Shown here: positions 10,213-24,847 of the stretch, piece after piece
How positions within the stretch are numbered: the stretch's first letter is position 1
Layout of the letters: each line of letters begins with the position of its first letter
NCBI GenBank assembly: GCA_963765125.1
Contig: CAVXUZ010000005.1
Coordinates: 361,441 to 425,440 of the forward strand
From: an uncultured candidate division WWE3 bacterium
GTDB lineage: Bacteria; Patescibacteriota; WWE3; UBA101185; UBA10185
Length of the DNA: 64,000 nucleotides
Direction: 5' to 3'
Notes under the pieces: generated by a model
The model's database searches: none
What the model was told of the DNA's origin: nothing
What the model saw: the letters and a program-made list of their open reading frames with translations, nothing else
Translations under genes and position numbers: made by a program

Positions 10213-11037
10213 TTATTTCCTTTTTATTCTTTTTGTAACTATATACTTATTTGTATATTTTCTTCTTCTAGTTAATACACCCCTTGCCTTCTTTCCCCAT
10301 GGGGTCTTTGGTGAAGACAAACCAATACCGTTATCTCTATAAGAACCTCCGTGAGGATGCGAGTCAGTACCCATTGCAACTCCTCGTACTTCTGGTCTCC
10401 AACCCTTGTGTCTTTTCAATCCAGCCTTACCTAATCTAGCGTTTCGGTGATCCATGTTTCCGAGCTCACCGATTGTAGCATAACAATTCGCAAGAATCTT
10501 TTTTACCTCACCACTTGGCATTTTAACATTTACGTAGTTGCCTTCTTTTGCCATTATTATTGCATAATTTCCTGCGCCTCTCGCTACTTGGCCGCCTTTT
10601 CCTGGGTTAAATTCAACATTATGTACTCTCGTACTTAATGGGATTTTCTCTAACGGTAATGTATTTCCAATTTCTAATGGGGCATCTTTTGCAGATAATA
10701 CTTCCATTCCTTTAACTAGCCCTTCAGGAGCAAGGATATACCTCTTCTCACCGTCAAAATAGTTAATTAATGCAATGTTACAATTTCTGTTTGGATCGTA
10801 CTCAATGGTTGCAACTTTTCCTGTTATTCCTAATTTATCGCGTTTAAAGTCAATTATTCTATAAAACTGCTTTGCACCACGCTGTCTATGTCTAACAGAC
10901 ACTCTTCCGCTGTTTCGTCCTACTGTTCCTTTTTTTGCAACAAGTAGGCTCTTTTGTGGTTTAACTTTGTCGACACCTCTAATTAAAGTCTTTCTAAATC
11001 TTATCCCTGCGCTTGTTGCTTTATGTGTCTTAATCAT
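10213..11037 (-). CDS. rplB: 50S ribosomal protein L2
   Basis: YRIIDFKR, IEYDPNR and VRGVAM...HPHGG. Confidence 0.98.
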   Translation of the reverse strand: MIKTHKATSAGIRFRKTLIRGVDKVKPQKSLLVAKKGTVGRNSGRVSVRHRQRGAKQFYRIIDFKRDKLGITGKVATIEYDPNRNCNIALINYFDGEKRYILAPEGLVKGMEVLSAKDAPLEIGNTLPLEKIPLSTRVHNVEFNPGKGGQVARGAGNYAIIMAKEGNYVNVKMPSGEVKKILANCYATIGELGNMDHRNARLGKAGLKRHKGWRPEVRGVAMGTDSHPHGGSYRDNGIGLSSPKTPWGKKARGVLTRRRKYTNKYIVTKRIKRK

Positions 11038-11038
11038 A

Positions 11039-11329
11039 TTATTTACCTACCAAATCAATTTTTTGTCCTTCTTTAAGTTTCACAATTGCTTTTTTTCTCT
11101 TAGATGTCTTTGTAAACCTTCTTGTACCGGTAAGTCTTCTTTTCTTTCCTGGTAGTATTGACGTTCTCACATCAATTGGGTCAACTCCGTAAGTCTCTTT
11201 TATTTCTCTTGCAACAGAGCCTTTAGAAGCACGATAGTTTACTTCAAAAATATAAGAATTTATTTCTGACTGCATAGCTACGCTTTTTTCTGTCACTATT
11301 GGTCTTAAAATAATATTGTTTAATTTCAT
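11039..11329 (-). CDS. rplW: 50S ribosomal protein L23
   Basis: PIVTEKS and KKAIVKL. Confidence 0.95.
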   Translation of the reverse strand: MKLNNIILRPIVTEKSVAMQSEINSYIFEVNYRASKGSVAREIKETYGVDPIDVRTSILPGKKRRLTGTRRFTKTSKRKKAIVKLKEGQKIDLVGK

Positions 11330-11946
11330 TTATATTTCTTCTGTAAATTAACTAATGCCTCTTTTTCAAAAACTATATTTTTTGCGCTAATTAACTCAAA
11401 TGCATTTAGGTTATCCATCTCATATACACTCGCGGACGTAATGTTTGCAATACTTTTTAAAATGTTTTTGTCCCCTTTAGCGAGGACAAATAGTGTTTTA
11501 CCTGTCAAATCAAGAGTTTCGATTATTTCTTTAATATATTTAGTAGATGGTTTGGTGATTGAAATTGCCTCTAATGCTTTAATTAAGCCCTCATTAAATC
11601 TCATGCTTAATACTGACTGCATAGTTGCTTTTCTCATTTTCTTTGATATTTTCAATGACCAATCCTTAGGTTGTGGGCCATGAGAAGCTCCACCACCTAC
11701 CCAAATAGGACTTCTTGTAGAACCGTGTCTTGCACGACCTGTTCCTTTTTGCTTCCAAGGTTTTACACCTCCACCAGAAACTTCTCCTCTTGTCTTTGTT
11801 TTTACGGTACCTTGTCTCTGGTTGGTTCTATAAACATGAATGTACTGGGCAATTAACGCCTCGTTTACTTCGCAGCCAAAAACTGACTTCTCTAAAGCCA
11901 ACTCTTCTACCTTATTTCCTTTTATGTCTAATACATCTACTTTCAT
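11326..11946 (-). CDS. rplD: 50S ribosomal protein L4
   Basis: RQGT..TKTRGEVSGGG.KPWKQKGTGRARHGS. Confidence 0.97.
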   Translation of the reverse strand: MKVDVLDIKGNKVEELALEKSVFGCEVNEALIAQYIHVYRTNQRQGTVKTKTRGEVSGGGVKPWKQKGTGRARHGSTRSPIWVGGGASHGPQPKDWSLKISKKMRKATMQSVLSMRFNEGLIKALEAISITKPSTKYIKEIIETLDLTGKTLFVLAKGDKNILKSIANITSASVYEMDNLNAFELISAKNIVFEKEALVNLQKKYK

Positions 11947-11947
11947 T

Positions 11948-12376
11948 TTATTCAAGCACCTTAATGCTAACTAAAGAATTTCTAGCACCTGGTACTGGAC
12001 CAGAAACTAAAAGCTCATTATTAGCTTTAATAATTTCAACAATTCTAAGACCTTTTACTGTTACTCTCTCTCCACCAAGTCTTCCTGCCATCTTTTTACC
12101 TTTGAAAACTCTACCTGGAGTTTGCGAACCAATTGAACCTGGGGCTCTTGGTTTGTTTGATTGACCGTGGGTTCTCTGACCTCCACGAAATCCCCATTTC
12201 TTCATACCGCCTGCGAATCCTTTTCCTTTTGATTTTCCAATTATTTCAATTTTTTTGTCTTTAAGATCGCTGTCTAGTTCAGTTTCAAATCTAATTACTG
12301 TCACAGGAATAACCTTACCGTTATCAGTAAAAACCTGAGTCATATTTTGTTTTTTTCCTTTTAATGTTTTTTCCAT
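11948..12376 (-). CDS. rplC: 50S ribosomal protein L3, internally shortened (142 aa)
   Basis: GKK..MTQVF..G..IPVTVI, SKGKGFAG, THG, RAPGSIG, PGRVFKGKKMAG and GPVPG. Confidence 0.95.
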   Translation of the reverse strand: MEKTLKGKKQNMTQVFTDNGKVIPVTVIRFETELDSDLKDKKIEIIGKSKGKGFAGGMKKWGFRGGQRTHGQSNKPRAPGSIGSQTPGRVFKGKKMAGRLGGERVTVKGLRIVEIIKANNELLVSGPVPGARNSLVSIKVLE

Positions 12377-12387
12377 TTTTTCCCTAT

Positions 12388-12477
12388 AAAAAAAGCGCCC
12401 TCGGGCGCCCACCTAGAGCCATTCCCAAGTTGTTTTTCTTCTTTTAGTTGTTTTTTGACACAATTAGCATTATATCA
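12388..12477 (-). promoter_or_regulatory. rplC leader: extended -10 promoter plus a terminator-like hairpin just upstream of the ATG
   Basis: TGaTATAAT at 12477-12469; GCGCC-CGAG-GGCGC-TTTTTTT at 12408-12388. Confidence 0.6.
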
Positions 12478-12505
12478 AGTTTTTCTCTATTTATCCTACT
12501 CAAAC

Positions 12506-12826
12506 CTACATCTTTATTGAGATTCCGACGCCTGCCGGTAAGCTCAGTCTAGATAAGCTGTCTACTGTAGAACTCGTTGGATTGACAACGTCAATCACCC
12601 TTTTGTGTGTTCTCAATTCAAATTGTTCTCTTGATCTCTTATCAATGTGTGGTCCTCTAATAACCGTGAATCTTTCTTGCTTAGTTGGTAAAGGAACAGG
12701 ACCTATTACTCGTGCGCCGGTTCTTATAACAGTGTCAACGATTTTTGAACAACTTAAATCCATGACTCTGCTGTCATATGATTTTAGTTTTATTCTTAAT
12801 CTTGTTTCGTTTTCTTTTTTTGTCAT
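12506..12826 (-). CDS. rpsJ: 30S ribosomal protein S10
   Basis: [15 protein letters not shown] and [12 protein letters not shown]. Confidence 0.98.
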   Translation of the reverse strand: MTKKENETRLRIKLKSYDSRVMDLSCSKIVDTVIRTGARVIGPVPLPTKQERFTVIRGPHIDKRSREQFELRTHKRVIDVVNPTSSTVDSLSRLSLPAGVGISIKM

Positions 12827-12835
12827 TGTTTCTGA

Positions 12836-12862
12836 TAAGGGCGGTGCGCTGCACCGCCCTTA
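12836..12862. promoter_or_regulatory. Perfect 12-bp GC-rich stem-loop between tuf and rpsJ
   Basis: taagggcggtgc-gct-gcaccgccctta. Confidence 0.75.
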
Positions 12863-12879
12863 AACTTTCTTTTCTTTAA

Positions 12880-14058
12880 TTAAGCAATAACTTTAGTTAC
12901 AACTCCTGCACCGACGGTGTGTCCACCTTCTCTAATAGCGAAGGTTAAACCTTCCTCAAGCGCAACAGGTGTAATAAGTTTGACGGTAATTGCAACGTCG
13001 TCACCTGGCATAACCATCTCGACACCGGCTGGAAGAGTAATTTCTCCAGTAACGTCTGTGGTTCTAAGGTAGAATTGTGGTCTATAACCAGTGAAGAATT
13101 GTTTGTGTCTTCCACCTTCTTCTTTTGAAAGAACGTAAACCTGAGCTTGAAATTCGCTATGTGGTTTGACTGTTCCTGGTTTGGCCAAAACTTGACCTCT
13201 TTCTATTCCATCTCTTTCAATTCCTCTTAAGAGAATACCTACGTTATCACCAGCTTGTCCTTCTTGAAGTTGTTTCTTGAACATTTCTACTCCAGTAACA
13301 ACTGTCTTTGTTGTGTCTTTTATTCCTACGATTTCGATTTCTTCATTGACAGCAACTTTTCCTCTTTCAATTCTTCCGGTAGCGACTGTACCTCTACCTT
13401 TGATTGAGAAAACGTCTTCAACTGGCATTAAGAATGTCTTATCTAAGTCTCTTACAGGTGTAGGAATATATGAATCTACAGCCTCCATAAGTGCTTCGAT
13501 AGATTTAACACCTTCTGGGTCACCCTCTAAAGCTTTGAGAGCTGAACCTTTGATGATAGGTATTTCATTTCCTGGGAACTTATATTTAGTTAACAATTCT
13601 CTAATTTCTAGTTCAACTAACTCTAAGATTTCAGGATCCTGAACCATATCAACTTTGTTCATGAATACCACCATTGCAGGAACGTTAACTTGTTTTGCAA
13701 GTAGGATGTGTTCTCTGGTTTGAGGCATTGGTCCATCAGGAGCTGAGACAACTAAAATTGCACCGTCGACCTGCGCAGCACCGGTGATCATGTTTTTAAC
13801 ATAGTCAGCGTGTCCTGGACAGTCAATGTGTGCGTAATGTCGTTTCTCTGTTTGATACTCAACGTGAGTGATATTGATCGTAATTCCTCTTTCTCTTTCC
13901 TCAGGAGCTTTATCAATATCTTCAAATTTTGTAAAGTCGGCAAGCCCTTTCTCAGAGAGGACTTTTGTAATTGCCGCAGTTAAGGTTGTTTTACCGTGGT
14001 CAACATGTCCAATTGTACCTATGTTGACGTGTGGTTTATTTCTCTGAAATTCAGCCAT
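12880..14058 (-). CDS. tuf: Elongation factor Tu
   Basis: [17 protein letters not shown] and NKVD. Confidence 0.99.
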   Translation of the reverse strand: MAEFQRNKPHVNIGTIGHVDHGKTTLTAAITKVLSEKGLADFTKFEDIDKAPEERERGITINITHVEYQTEKRHYAHIDCPGHADYVKNMITGAAQVDGAILVVSAPDGPMPQTREHILLAKQVNVPAMVVFMNKVDMVQDPEILELVELEIRELLTKYKFPGNEIPIIKGSALKALEGDPEGVKSIEALMEAVDSYIPTPVRDLDKTFLMPVEDVFSIKGRGTVATGRIERGKVAVNEEIEIVGIKDTTKTVVTGVEMFKKQLQEGQAGDNVGILLRGIERDGIERGQVLAKPGTVKPHSEFQAQVYVLSKEEGGRHKQFFTGYRPQFYLRTTDVTGEITLPAGVEMVMPGDDVAITVKLITPVALEEGLTFAIREGGHTVGAGVVTKVIA

Positions 14059-14142
14059 TTTTATTACCTTTCAGTAACTTTCTAAATAAATAACTAATAA
14101 CAAATTTTAGCAGAGGTAGTTAACCAAAAAAAGACTATAAAA

Positions 14143-16227
14143 TCAAGACTTTCCTTTAACTATCTCCTCTGTAATACTTGCCGGAACCTCTTCATAGTGG
14201 CTCGGTTCCATCGTAAAGCCAGCCCTACCTTGTGTAAGACCTCTAAGCTCTGTAGCATAGCCAAACATCTCGGCTAAAGGAACTTTTGCCTTGATTGAGA
14301 TAGCGGAATTTTCTATCTTGGTAGATTCGATTTTTCCTCTCTTTCCTGACAAATTACCAATCAAATCACCCATAAACTCTTCAGGCGCTACAACTTCTAA
14401 GCTCATTATTGGCTCGAGAAGAACTGTATCTGCAGCTTTCTGGGCATCTCTGAAAGCTCCGATAGCAGACATCTTAAACGCCAACTCTGATGAGTCAACA
14501 TCATGATACGAACCGTCAATTAATGAAACTCGAAGGTCTATAACAGGGTAACCTGCAATCGAACCACACTGAGCTGCTTCTCGTATACCTTTTTCAACAC
14601 CTGGAATATACTCTTTGGGAATTGAGCCACCAACGATTTTATCTACAAATTCTACGCCCTTTCCACTCTCAGTAGGCTCCATTCTAATTACAACGTGACC
14701 ATATTGACCGCGTCCACCAGTTTGCCTGATATATTTATTTTCAATTTCTACCATTTTCTTAACAGTTTCTCTATATGCAACTTGTGGCTTGCCTGTGTTA
14801 ACTTCAACATTAAATTCACGCTTCATTCTGTCGACGATAATTTCAAGGTGTAATTCACCCATTCCATATAAAATGGTCTCGCCTGTTTCAGGATCTGATT
14901 TAACTCTGAGGGTTGGGTCTTCATCAATAAATCTCTTAATAACTTCACCCATTTTATCTCGGTCAGCCTTGGTTTTTGGCTCTATAGCAAGCCCAATTAC
15001 CGGCTCTGCAAATGTAATATTTTCCAGCAATACTGGGTTTTTTTCGTCACAAAGCGTGTCGCCAGTTACAGTTTTGCTTAATCCAATAACTGCAGCAATC
15101 TCACCTGCTTTAACTTGTTTGATTTCTTCTCTATGGTTTGCGTGCATTAATAGTAAACGTCCGACTCTTTCTTTTTCATCCTTTGTAGAATTCAAAACAT
15201 AAGAACCGCTGTCTAGTACTCCTGCGTAAACTCTAATGTATGTAAGTCTTCCTACGAATGGGTCGGTTGGAATTTTAAATGCAAGCGCTGCAAATGGTTC
15301 TTCAACTGTTTCAGCGAGAACATACTGCTCATCGGTTTTGATATTTATTGCTGTAACGTTTGCAACATCCAGTGGAGAGGGTAAGTAGGCAATAACTGCA
15401 TCCAAAACGTATCTTGCTGCAATTCCTCTTCCGTCACCGCCAAAAACCGGGTAAAAATCACCAGCTAATGTTGCTTTTCTGAGACATAATATAATTTCAT
15501 CCTCTGAAAGTTTTCCCTCATTAAGATATTTTTCCATTAATGCGTCGTCGTATTCAACAACCGCTTCGATTAATTTTTGTCTATATTCGTTAGCAGTCTC
15601 TAACATGTCGGCAGGTACCTCACTCACATCAAAATCGTCTTGTTTAAAGTCGGAATATGTATAAGCCTTCATCCTGATAAGATCGATGTTACCAATAATA
15701 TCTTTCTCAAACCCGATTGGGAGCATTATTGGGTGAGCCTTAGAGCTTAATCTTTTTTTAATTGAGGTTAAACTTTTATAAAAGTCTCCACCAATTTGGT
15801 TAATTTTGTTAATAAAACACATTCTTGGAACACCATATTTATTTGCTTGTCTCCAAACAGTTTCGGATTGTGGCTCAACACCCATTTTTCCATCGAAAAC
15901 CACAACTGCCCCATCAAGAACTCTTAATGATCTTTCAACTTCTGCAGTAAAATCTACGTGTCCTGGGGTATCAATAATGTTAATTCTATTTTCTTTCCAA
16001 AAACAGGTTGTAGCAGCACTTGTAATTGTGATTCCTCTTTCTCTTTCTTGAACCATCCAGTCCATCTGGGTATCACCAGTATGAACTTCACCAATTTTAT
16101 GAGTTTTTCCTGTGTAATATAGAATACTTTCAGTAGTAGTAGTCTTACCTGCATCGATATGCGCAATAATTCCAATGTTTCTAATGCATTCCATAGGATA
16201 TTCTTTTGTTTGATTTTTTTCTGCCAT
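14143..16227 (-). CDS. fusA: Elongation factor G
   Basis: [25 protein letters not shown] and YHDVDSSE. Confidence 0.99.
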   Translation of the reverse strand: MAEKNQTKEYPMECIRNIGIIAHIDAGKTTTTESILYYTGKTHKIGEVHTGDTQMDWMVQERERGITITSAATTCFWKENRINIIDTPGHVDFTAEVERSLRVLDGAVVVFDGKMGVEPQSETVWRQANKYGVPRMCFINKINQIGGDFYKSLTSIKKRLSSKAHPIMLPIGFEKDIIGNIDLIRMKAYTYSDFKQDDFDVSEVPADMLETANEYRQKLIEAVVEYDDALMEKYLNEGKLSEDEIILCLRKATLAGDFYPVFGGDGRGIAARYVLDAVIAYLPSPLDVANVTAINIKTDEQYVLAETVEEPFAALAFKIPTDPFVGRLTYIRVYAGVLDSGSYVLNSTKDEKERVGRLLLMHANHREEIKQVKAGEIAAVIGLSKTVTGDTLCDEKNPVLLENITFAEPVIGLAIEPKTKADRDKMGEVIKRFIDEDPTLRVKSDPETGETILYGMGELHLEIIVDRMKREFNVEVNTGKPQVAYRETVKKMVEIENKYIRQTGGRGQYGHVVIRMEPTESGKGVEFVDKIVGGSIPKEYIPGVEKGIREAAQCGSIAGYPVIDLRVSLIDGSYHDVDSSELAFKMSAIGAFRDAQKAADTVLLEPIMSLEVVAPEEFMGDLIGNLSGKRGKIESTKIENSAISIKAKVPLAEMFGYATELRGLTQGRAGFTMEPSHYEEVPASITEEIVKGKS

Positions 16228-16291
16228 ATTCTTTCTTTGATGACGCGCAATTAATTACTTTATTGTGGGCACGTCTTTTGGAAATTTTTGT

Positions 16292-16759
16292 TTAAAACCT
16301 AGCAAAATGTGCAAATGCTCTATTTGATTCGGCTGATTTATGAGTTTCGTCTCTTTTTCTTATCGCATCACCAATACCTTCAAAAGCGTCTTTTATTTCT
16401 TTAAAGAGTTTTTCATCCATTTCATTACCTTTTTTATTTCTTGCAGCCATAACTAACCATCTTACGGCTAATGCTTCTGATCTTTCGTGTTTTAAGGGGT
16501 AAGGTACTTGATATGTTGCACCGCCAACTCTTCTGGATCTAACTTCTTGTGTAGGCATTACATTTTTTACTGCTTCTTCAAACATTTTTAAAGCTTCTTT
16601 TCTGTCTTCATGAAGCCTGTCTAGCGCCCCGTATACAATACTTTCGGCTAGTGATTTTTTACCTTTTTGCATAACTGTATTAATCATTCTACTTACAGTC
16701 TTTGATTTATAAATTTGGTCTGGTAATAATGGTCTTTTTTTGGAGGTTTTTGATCTCAT
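16292..16759 (-). CDS. rpsG: 30S ribosomal protein S7
   Basis: EVRSRRVGGATYQVP and NRAFAH. Confidence 0.98.
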   Translation of the reverse strand: MRSKTSKKRPLLPDQIYKSKTVSRMINTVMQKGKKSLAESIVYGALDRLHEDRKEALKMFEEAVKNVMPTQEVRSRRVGGATYQVPYPLKHERSEALAVRWLVMAARNKKGNEMDEKLFKEIKDAFEGIGDAIRKRDETHKSAESNRAFAHFARF

Positions 16760-16763
16760 ATTA

Positions 16764-17177
16764 TTAAGCCTTTGGTTTCTTTGTACCGTAAATTGATCTT
16801 GACGTTCTTCTATTATTTACACCTTGCAAATCGTATCTGCCTCTTATAATAGTATATTTAATACCTGGTAAATCTTTAACTCTTCCACCTCTAACCATAA
16901 CAACAGAGTGCTCTTGCAATCCGTGGCCTTCGCCTGGAATGTAAGCTGTTACTTCTCTTTTATTCGAAAGTCTTACTCTTGCTACTTTTCGTAATGCTGA
17001 ATTAGGTTTTTTTGGAGTTAACGTTCTAACTTGCAAACACACACCTCTTTTAAATGAAGAGTTTGTAGTTTTATATTTTCTTTTTTTGGTATTGTAAACT
17101 TCACCCAATGCAGGGGTTTTTACCTTACTAATCTTCTTTTTTCTTTCTTTTCTTATAAGTTGGTTTATTGTTGGCAT
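16764..17177 (-). CDS. rpsL: 30S ribosomal protein S12
   Basis: [17 protein letters not shown] and RVKDLPG. Confidence 0.99.
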   Translation of the reverse strand: MPTINQLIRKERKKKISKVKTPALGEVYNTKKRKYKTTNSSFKRGVCLQVRTLTPKKPNSALRKVARVRLSNKREVTAYIPGEGHGLQEHSVVMVRGGRVKDLPGIKYTIIRGRYDLQGVNNRRTSRSIYGTKKPKA

Positions 17178-17182
17178 AGATG

Positions 17183-20862
<3,680 letters not shown>

Positions 20863-20866
<4 letters not shown>

Positions 20867-23800
20867 TTCGCTTCCTCCTCTGAACTTTCTACGTCTTCTT
20901 CCGCGACTTCGTCAGACTCATCTTCTAATAGCTCTTTTTTCTCTTCTTCTACGGGCTCAGCTGGGACAACAATTACTTCTTCTGGCTCGTCTTTAGCTGT
21001 TTCATCTGATGTTAATGCCTCAATACCAATTCCCAAACCGTTTAACTGTCTGACCAGTAGTTTAAATGTTTCAGGTACTGTTGATTCTGGAATTTCTCTT
21101 CCTTGGACTATTGCGCTGTATGCTTGTGTTCTTCCAACCATATCGTCTGATTTTATAGTTAACATTTCGTTCAAAATATGTGCTGCACCATATGCTTCTA
21201 ATGCCCAAACTTCCATTTCTCCAAATCTTTGTCCACCAAATTGTGCTTTACCGCCTAAAGGCTGTTGTGTAATTAATGAGTAAGGTCCTGTAGATCTTGC
21301 GTGCATCTTCTCTTCACTCATATGAACAAGCTTTAAGATATAAACTTCACCAACAACAATTTCTGCTGCAAAATACTCACCAGTCCTACCATCTCTTAAT
21401 CTCATCTTTCCTGATTCTGGGAGTCCTGCTTCTATTAAGTTCTTTTGTAATATTTTCTTCAGGAATACTTTGTAACAAGGGTACTTCATACTTCTTACCT
21501 AAGCTTTTTCCTGCCATACCTAAAGGAGCCTCTAGAATTTGTCCAACATTCATTCTTTTTAAAACTGCCTCTGATGAGAAAACAATGTCGACTGATCTTC
21601 CATCTGGCAATACCGGCATATCTACTTCTGGGAACTATAGCTGAAATAACACCTTTGTTACCGTGTCTTCCAGCCAACTTGTCACCGATCTCAATTTTCT
21701 TAAGCTGAGCAACATATACTGGTGATTTCTTCAATCGTTCCTGCTGGTAAATCTTCGTTTTCTTCCTTAGTAACTCTTTTTACACCAATAACAACACCGT
21801 GCTGTCCATGAGGCATATAAAGTGAGTTGTCTCTGACGTCTTTAGCTTTTTCTCCAAAGATAGCTCTTAAGAGTCTTTCTTCTGCCGATAATTCAGCCTC
21901 ACCTTTTGGTGCTACTTTTCCAACCAAAATATCTCCAGAATGTACTTTTGAACCTATTGTGACTATACCTTCGTCATCGAGATTTCTTAGTGACTCTTCT
22001 GAAACATTTGGAATATCGCGTGTAATTTCTTCTGGGCCTAATTTTGTTTCTAAAACTGGTATTGTGTGGTCAGTAATATGAATTGATGAGAGCGTGTCGT
22101 CTTTTACTAATCTGTCAGAAATAACGATACCGTCTTCAAATTCGTATCCTTCCCAGATCATGTAGGCTGCGGTAATGTTTGTACCGATAGCTAAGTCGCC
22201 CTCTGCTGCAGATGGTCCTTCAATTAAAACATCACCCTTTTTAATTTTATCTCCGGTTTGGACTCTTACATATTGGTTAAAACAGGTCTTGGTGTTTGAT
22301 TGTTGAAATTTTGTTGCTATGTAAGTAGCTTTACCGTCTTTATTATATTTAACTTCAACCTTGTTAGCGTCAGCGTAAATAACCTCACCTGCGTCAGATG
22401 CGAAGGTTACTGCGTTTGAATTTGCAGCGATATCGCGCTCAATACCAGTACCGACAATTGGTGACTGTGGTGTAACCAGGGGTACTGATTGAGACATCTG
22501 TTGAGTTCCCATAAGTGCTCTAGAGACGTCATTATTTTGTAAAAAGGGAATTAATCCAGCACTGATACCCACGATTTGGCTTGGTGTAACCTCAATGTAC
22601 TCTGCGTGTGAAGCATCACCCAATATAAAATTTCCGCCTTTTCTTAAAGGAATTTGACTTTCTAAGATCACTCCGTTTTCGTCTGTTTTAATAGATGCGT
22701 CTGTAATGAAAACGTTCTCTTCTTCATAAGCTGCAAGATAAACTATCTCGTCACTAATTTTTGGTTTGCCGTCTTTTGTCTTTTCAAGTTTTATATATGG
22801 TGTTTCTAAAAATCCATAGGAGTTTACTTTTGCATACATTGAAAGGTAGTTGATAAGACCGATGTTTGGACCTTCAGGAGTTCTGACAGGACAAACTCTA
22901 CCAAATGATGAATAGTGCACATCTCTAACCGCCATGCTTGCTCTCTCTTTTGTTAATCCACCTGGGCCTAAAACTGAAAGTCTTCTTAAGTGGTCTAATG
23001 AGGTCAAAGGATTCTGTTGATCTTGGAATTGTGAAAGTTGACCAGTTGCAAAAAAACTATGAACACTTGCTGCCACGGCTCTTGGAGAAATTAAAACTCC
23101 TGGCATGGGGAGTTCGTCTCTAGATTGCATTGTCATTCTCTCTTTAATATTTTTCTCCATTCTTAAAAAGCCGATTCTCATTTGCCACTGCAATAACTCA
23201 CCAACTCTTTTTACTCTTCTGTTTGCAAGATTATCTATGTCGCTAATGTTTCCAACACCATTATTTAGTTCAATAATTTTCTTTACGATAGATACGAGGT
23301 CTTCTAGTTGTAATATTCTGTACTTTGGTTCGTTAGGAAAGTCTAATCCAAGCTCTTGATTAAGCTTAAATCTTCCAACTTCACCCATACTATATCTTCT
23401 TTCATTAAAGAAAAGTGCGTCAACGTATTCCTTTGCATTTTCAAGCACTAAAGGCTCACCTGGTCTTTGTTTTCTATAAACCTCTAAACAAGCCTCGTCG
23501 TATCCTGATGCTGGATCTTTCGATAATGTGCTCTCGATATAATTGATTTCTGGGTTTGATTCTACATCCTCAAATGCGTCTCTAATCTGGTCATCGGTTT
23601 CAAATCCAAATAATCTTAATAGTGTGGTGATGGTCATTTTTCTTTTTCGGTCAATTTTTACGTTTATAACTCCACCTCTGGATGTTTCGATTTCTAACCA
23701 GGCACCATTTTTTGGTAATACTTTTGCTGAAGCTAAAAATTGACCTGAAACGGGTGAAACTTCTCCACTGAACAATACACCCTCAGATCTGATAAGTTGA

Positions 23801-24177
23801 TTGATGATAACTCTTTCTACTCCGTTTACTATAAAAGTACCTCTCTCTGTCATAAGAGGCATATCACCCATATATATTTTTTGTTCTTTTTTCTTTTTGC
23901 TGATTTGGTCTGAGAGGACTGCTTTTAAATACCAGGGGGCGTCGAATGTTCTTCCTGAATGAAGAGCCTCATCGACTGACATATTTTCTTTTTCAAATTC
24001 GGGATCTGATAGTGTTAAAACCCAACCTCTGCCTGAATAATCTTCAATAGTTCCGAGCTCGTCTAGGATCTCTTTAACGCCATCTTTTAAAAACCACGCA
24101 TATGACTCCAATTGGACGTCCATTAGATTGGGCAATGACAACTTGCTCTTAAGTTTTGAAAATGATTGGCGCATCAA
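20863..24177 (-). CDS. rpoB: RNA polymerase beta subunit, with three +1 insertions near the 3' end (probable sequence errors)
   Basis: [38 protein letters not shown] and [18 protein letters not shown]. Confidence 0.96.
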
Positions 24178-24235
24178 TTATTTATATTTTGCTGAGAATA
24201 ATTCCCATTAAATCAATACCAAGACAACGTAGCGT

Positions 24236-24264
24236 AAATTATCATACGCGTCGCTATATGTCAA
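24236..24264 (-). promoter_or_regulatory. Sigma70-type promoter of rpoB
   Basis: TTGACA-17 nt-TAATTT with an extended TG. Confidence 0.6.
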
Positions 24265-24283
24265 CACCTTTAATGCCGACAAA

Positions 24284-24826
24284 TCAGTCTATATATCCAA
24301 TTGTAGAAATTGGCCAAAATCTAAAAACCACCCTACCAACAATCCTTTCCTCAGTAATAATGCCAAATGACCTTGAATCTGCTGATTTGGCGCGGTTATC
24401 TCCTAGTACAAGGTACTCTTTCTCCTGAAGTTCTATCGACCTTCCTTCCTTTAACCTACCACCAGCAGACGTACAAGTGTCTTCATACAGATAGGGTTCT
24501 TCTAGCTCGTATTTTTGCCCATCTCTATTTATATATACGTTGCAATTATATATTTTAACAATGTCTCCAGGAATCGCAACAACTCTTTTTATAAAGTCCA
24601 CATTGTCATTATTTGGCGGATGTAACACAACTACCTCTCCGGTTTGAAAATCTTTAAAATGTTTGGTGATTTTTTCAACTAAAATCCTTTCCCCACTGTA
24701 AAAGGTCGGTTCCATACTTGCTCCCTGTACCTGTTCCGGAATGGCAATAGTTGTGTATATAATAAGTATTACCACGCAACTAGACACGACGGTCTCAATT
24801 AATTCTAAAATAGTGTGTCTATTCAT
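24284..24826 (-). CDS. lepB: Signal peptidase I
   Basis: GASMEPT (catalytic Ser), FIKRVVAIPGD (catalytic Lys), LGDNR..SADSR. Confidence 0.93.
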   Translation of the reverse strand: MNRHTILELIETVVSSCVVILIIYTTIAIPEQVQGASMEPTFYSGERILVEKITKHFKDFQTGEVVVLHPPNNDNVDFIKRVVAIPGDIVKIYNCNVYINRDGQKYELEEPYLYEDTCTSAGGRLKEGRSIELQEKEYLVLGDNRAKSADSRSFGIITEERIVGRVVFRFWPISTIGYID

Positions 24827-24847
24827 AGGTGGTATCATAATAACATC
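24827..24847. promoter_or_regulatory. Probable bidirectional promoter with overlapping -10 hexamers
   Basis: TGgTATCAT (+, hexamer 24833-38) overlaps TATGAT (-, 24834-39) within a 21-nt gap between divergent ATGs. Confidence 0.55.
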
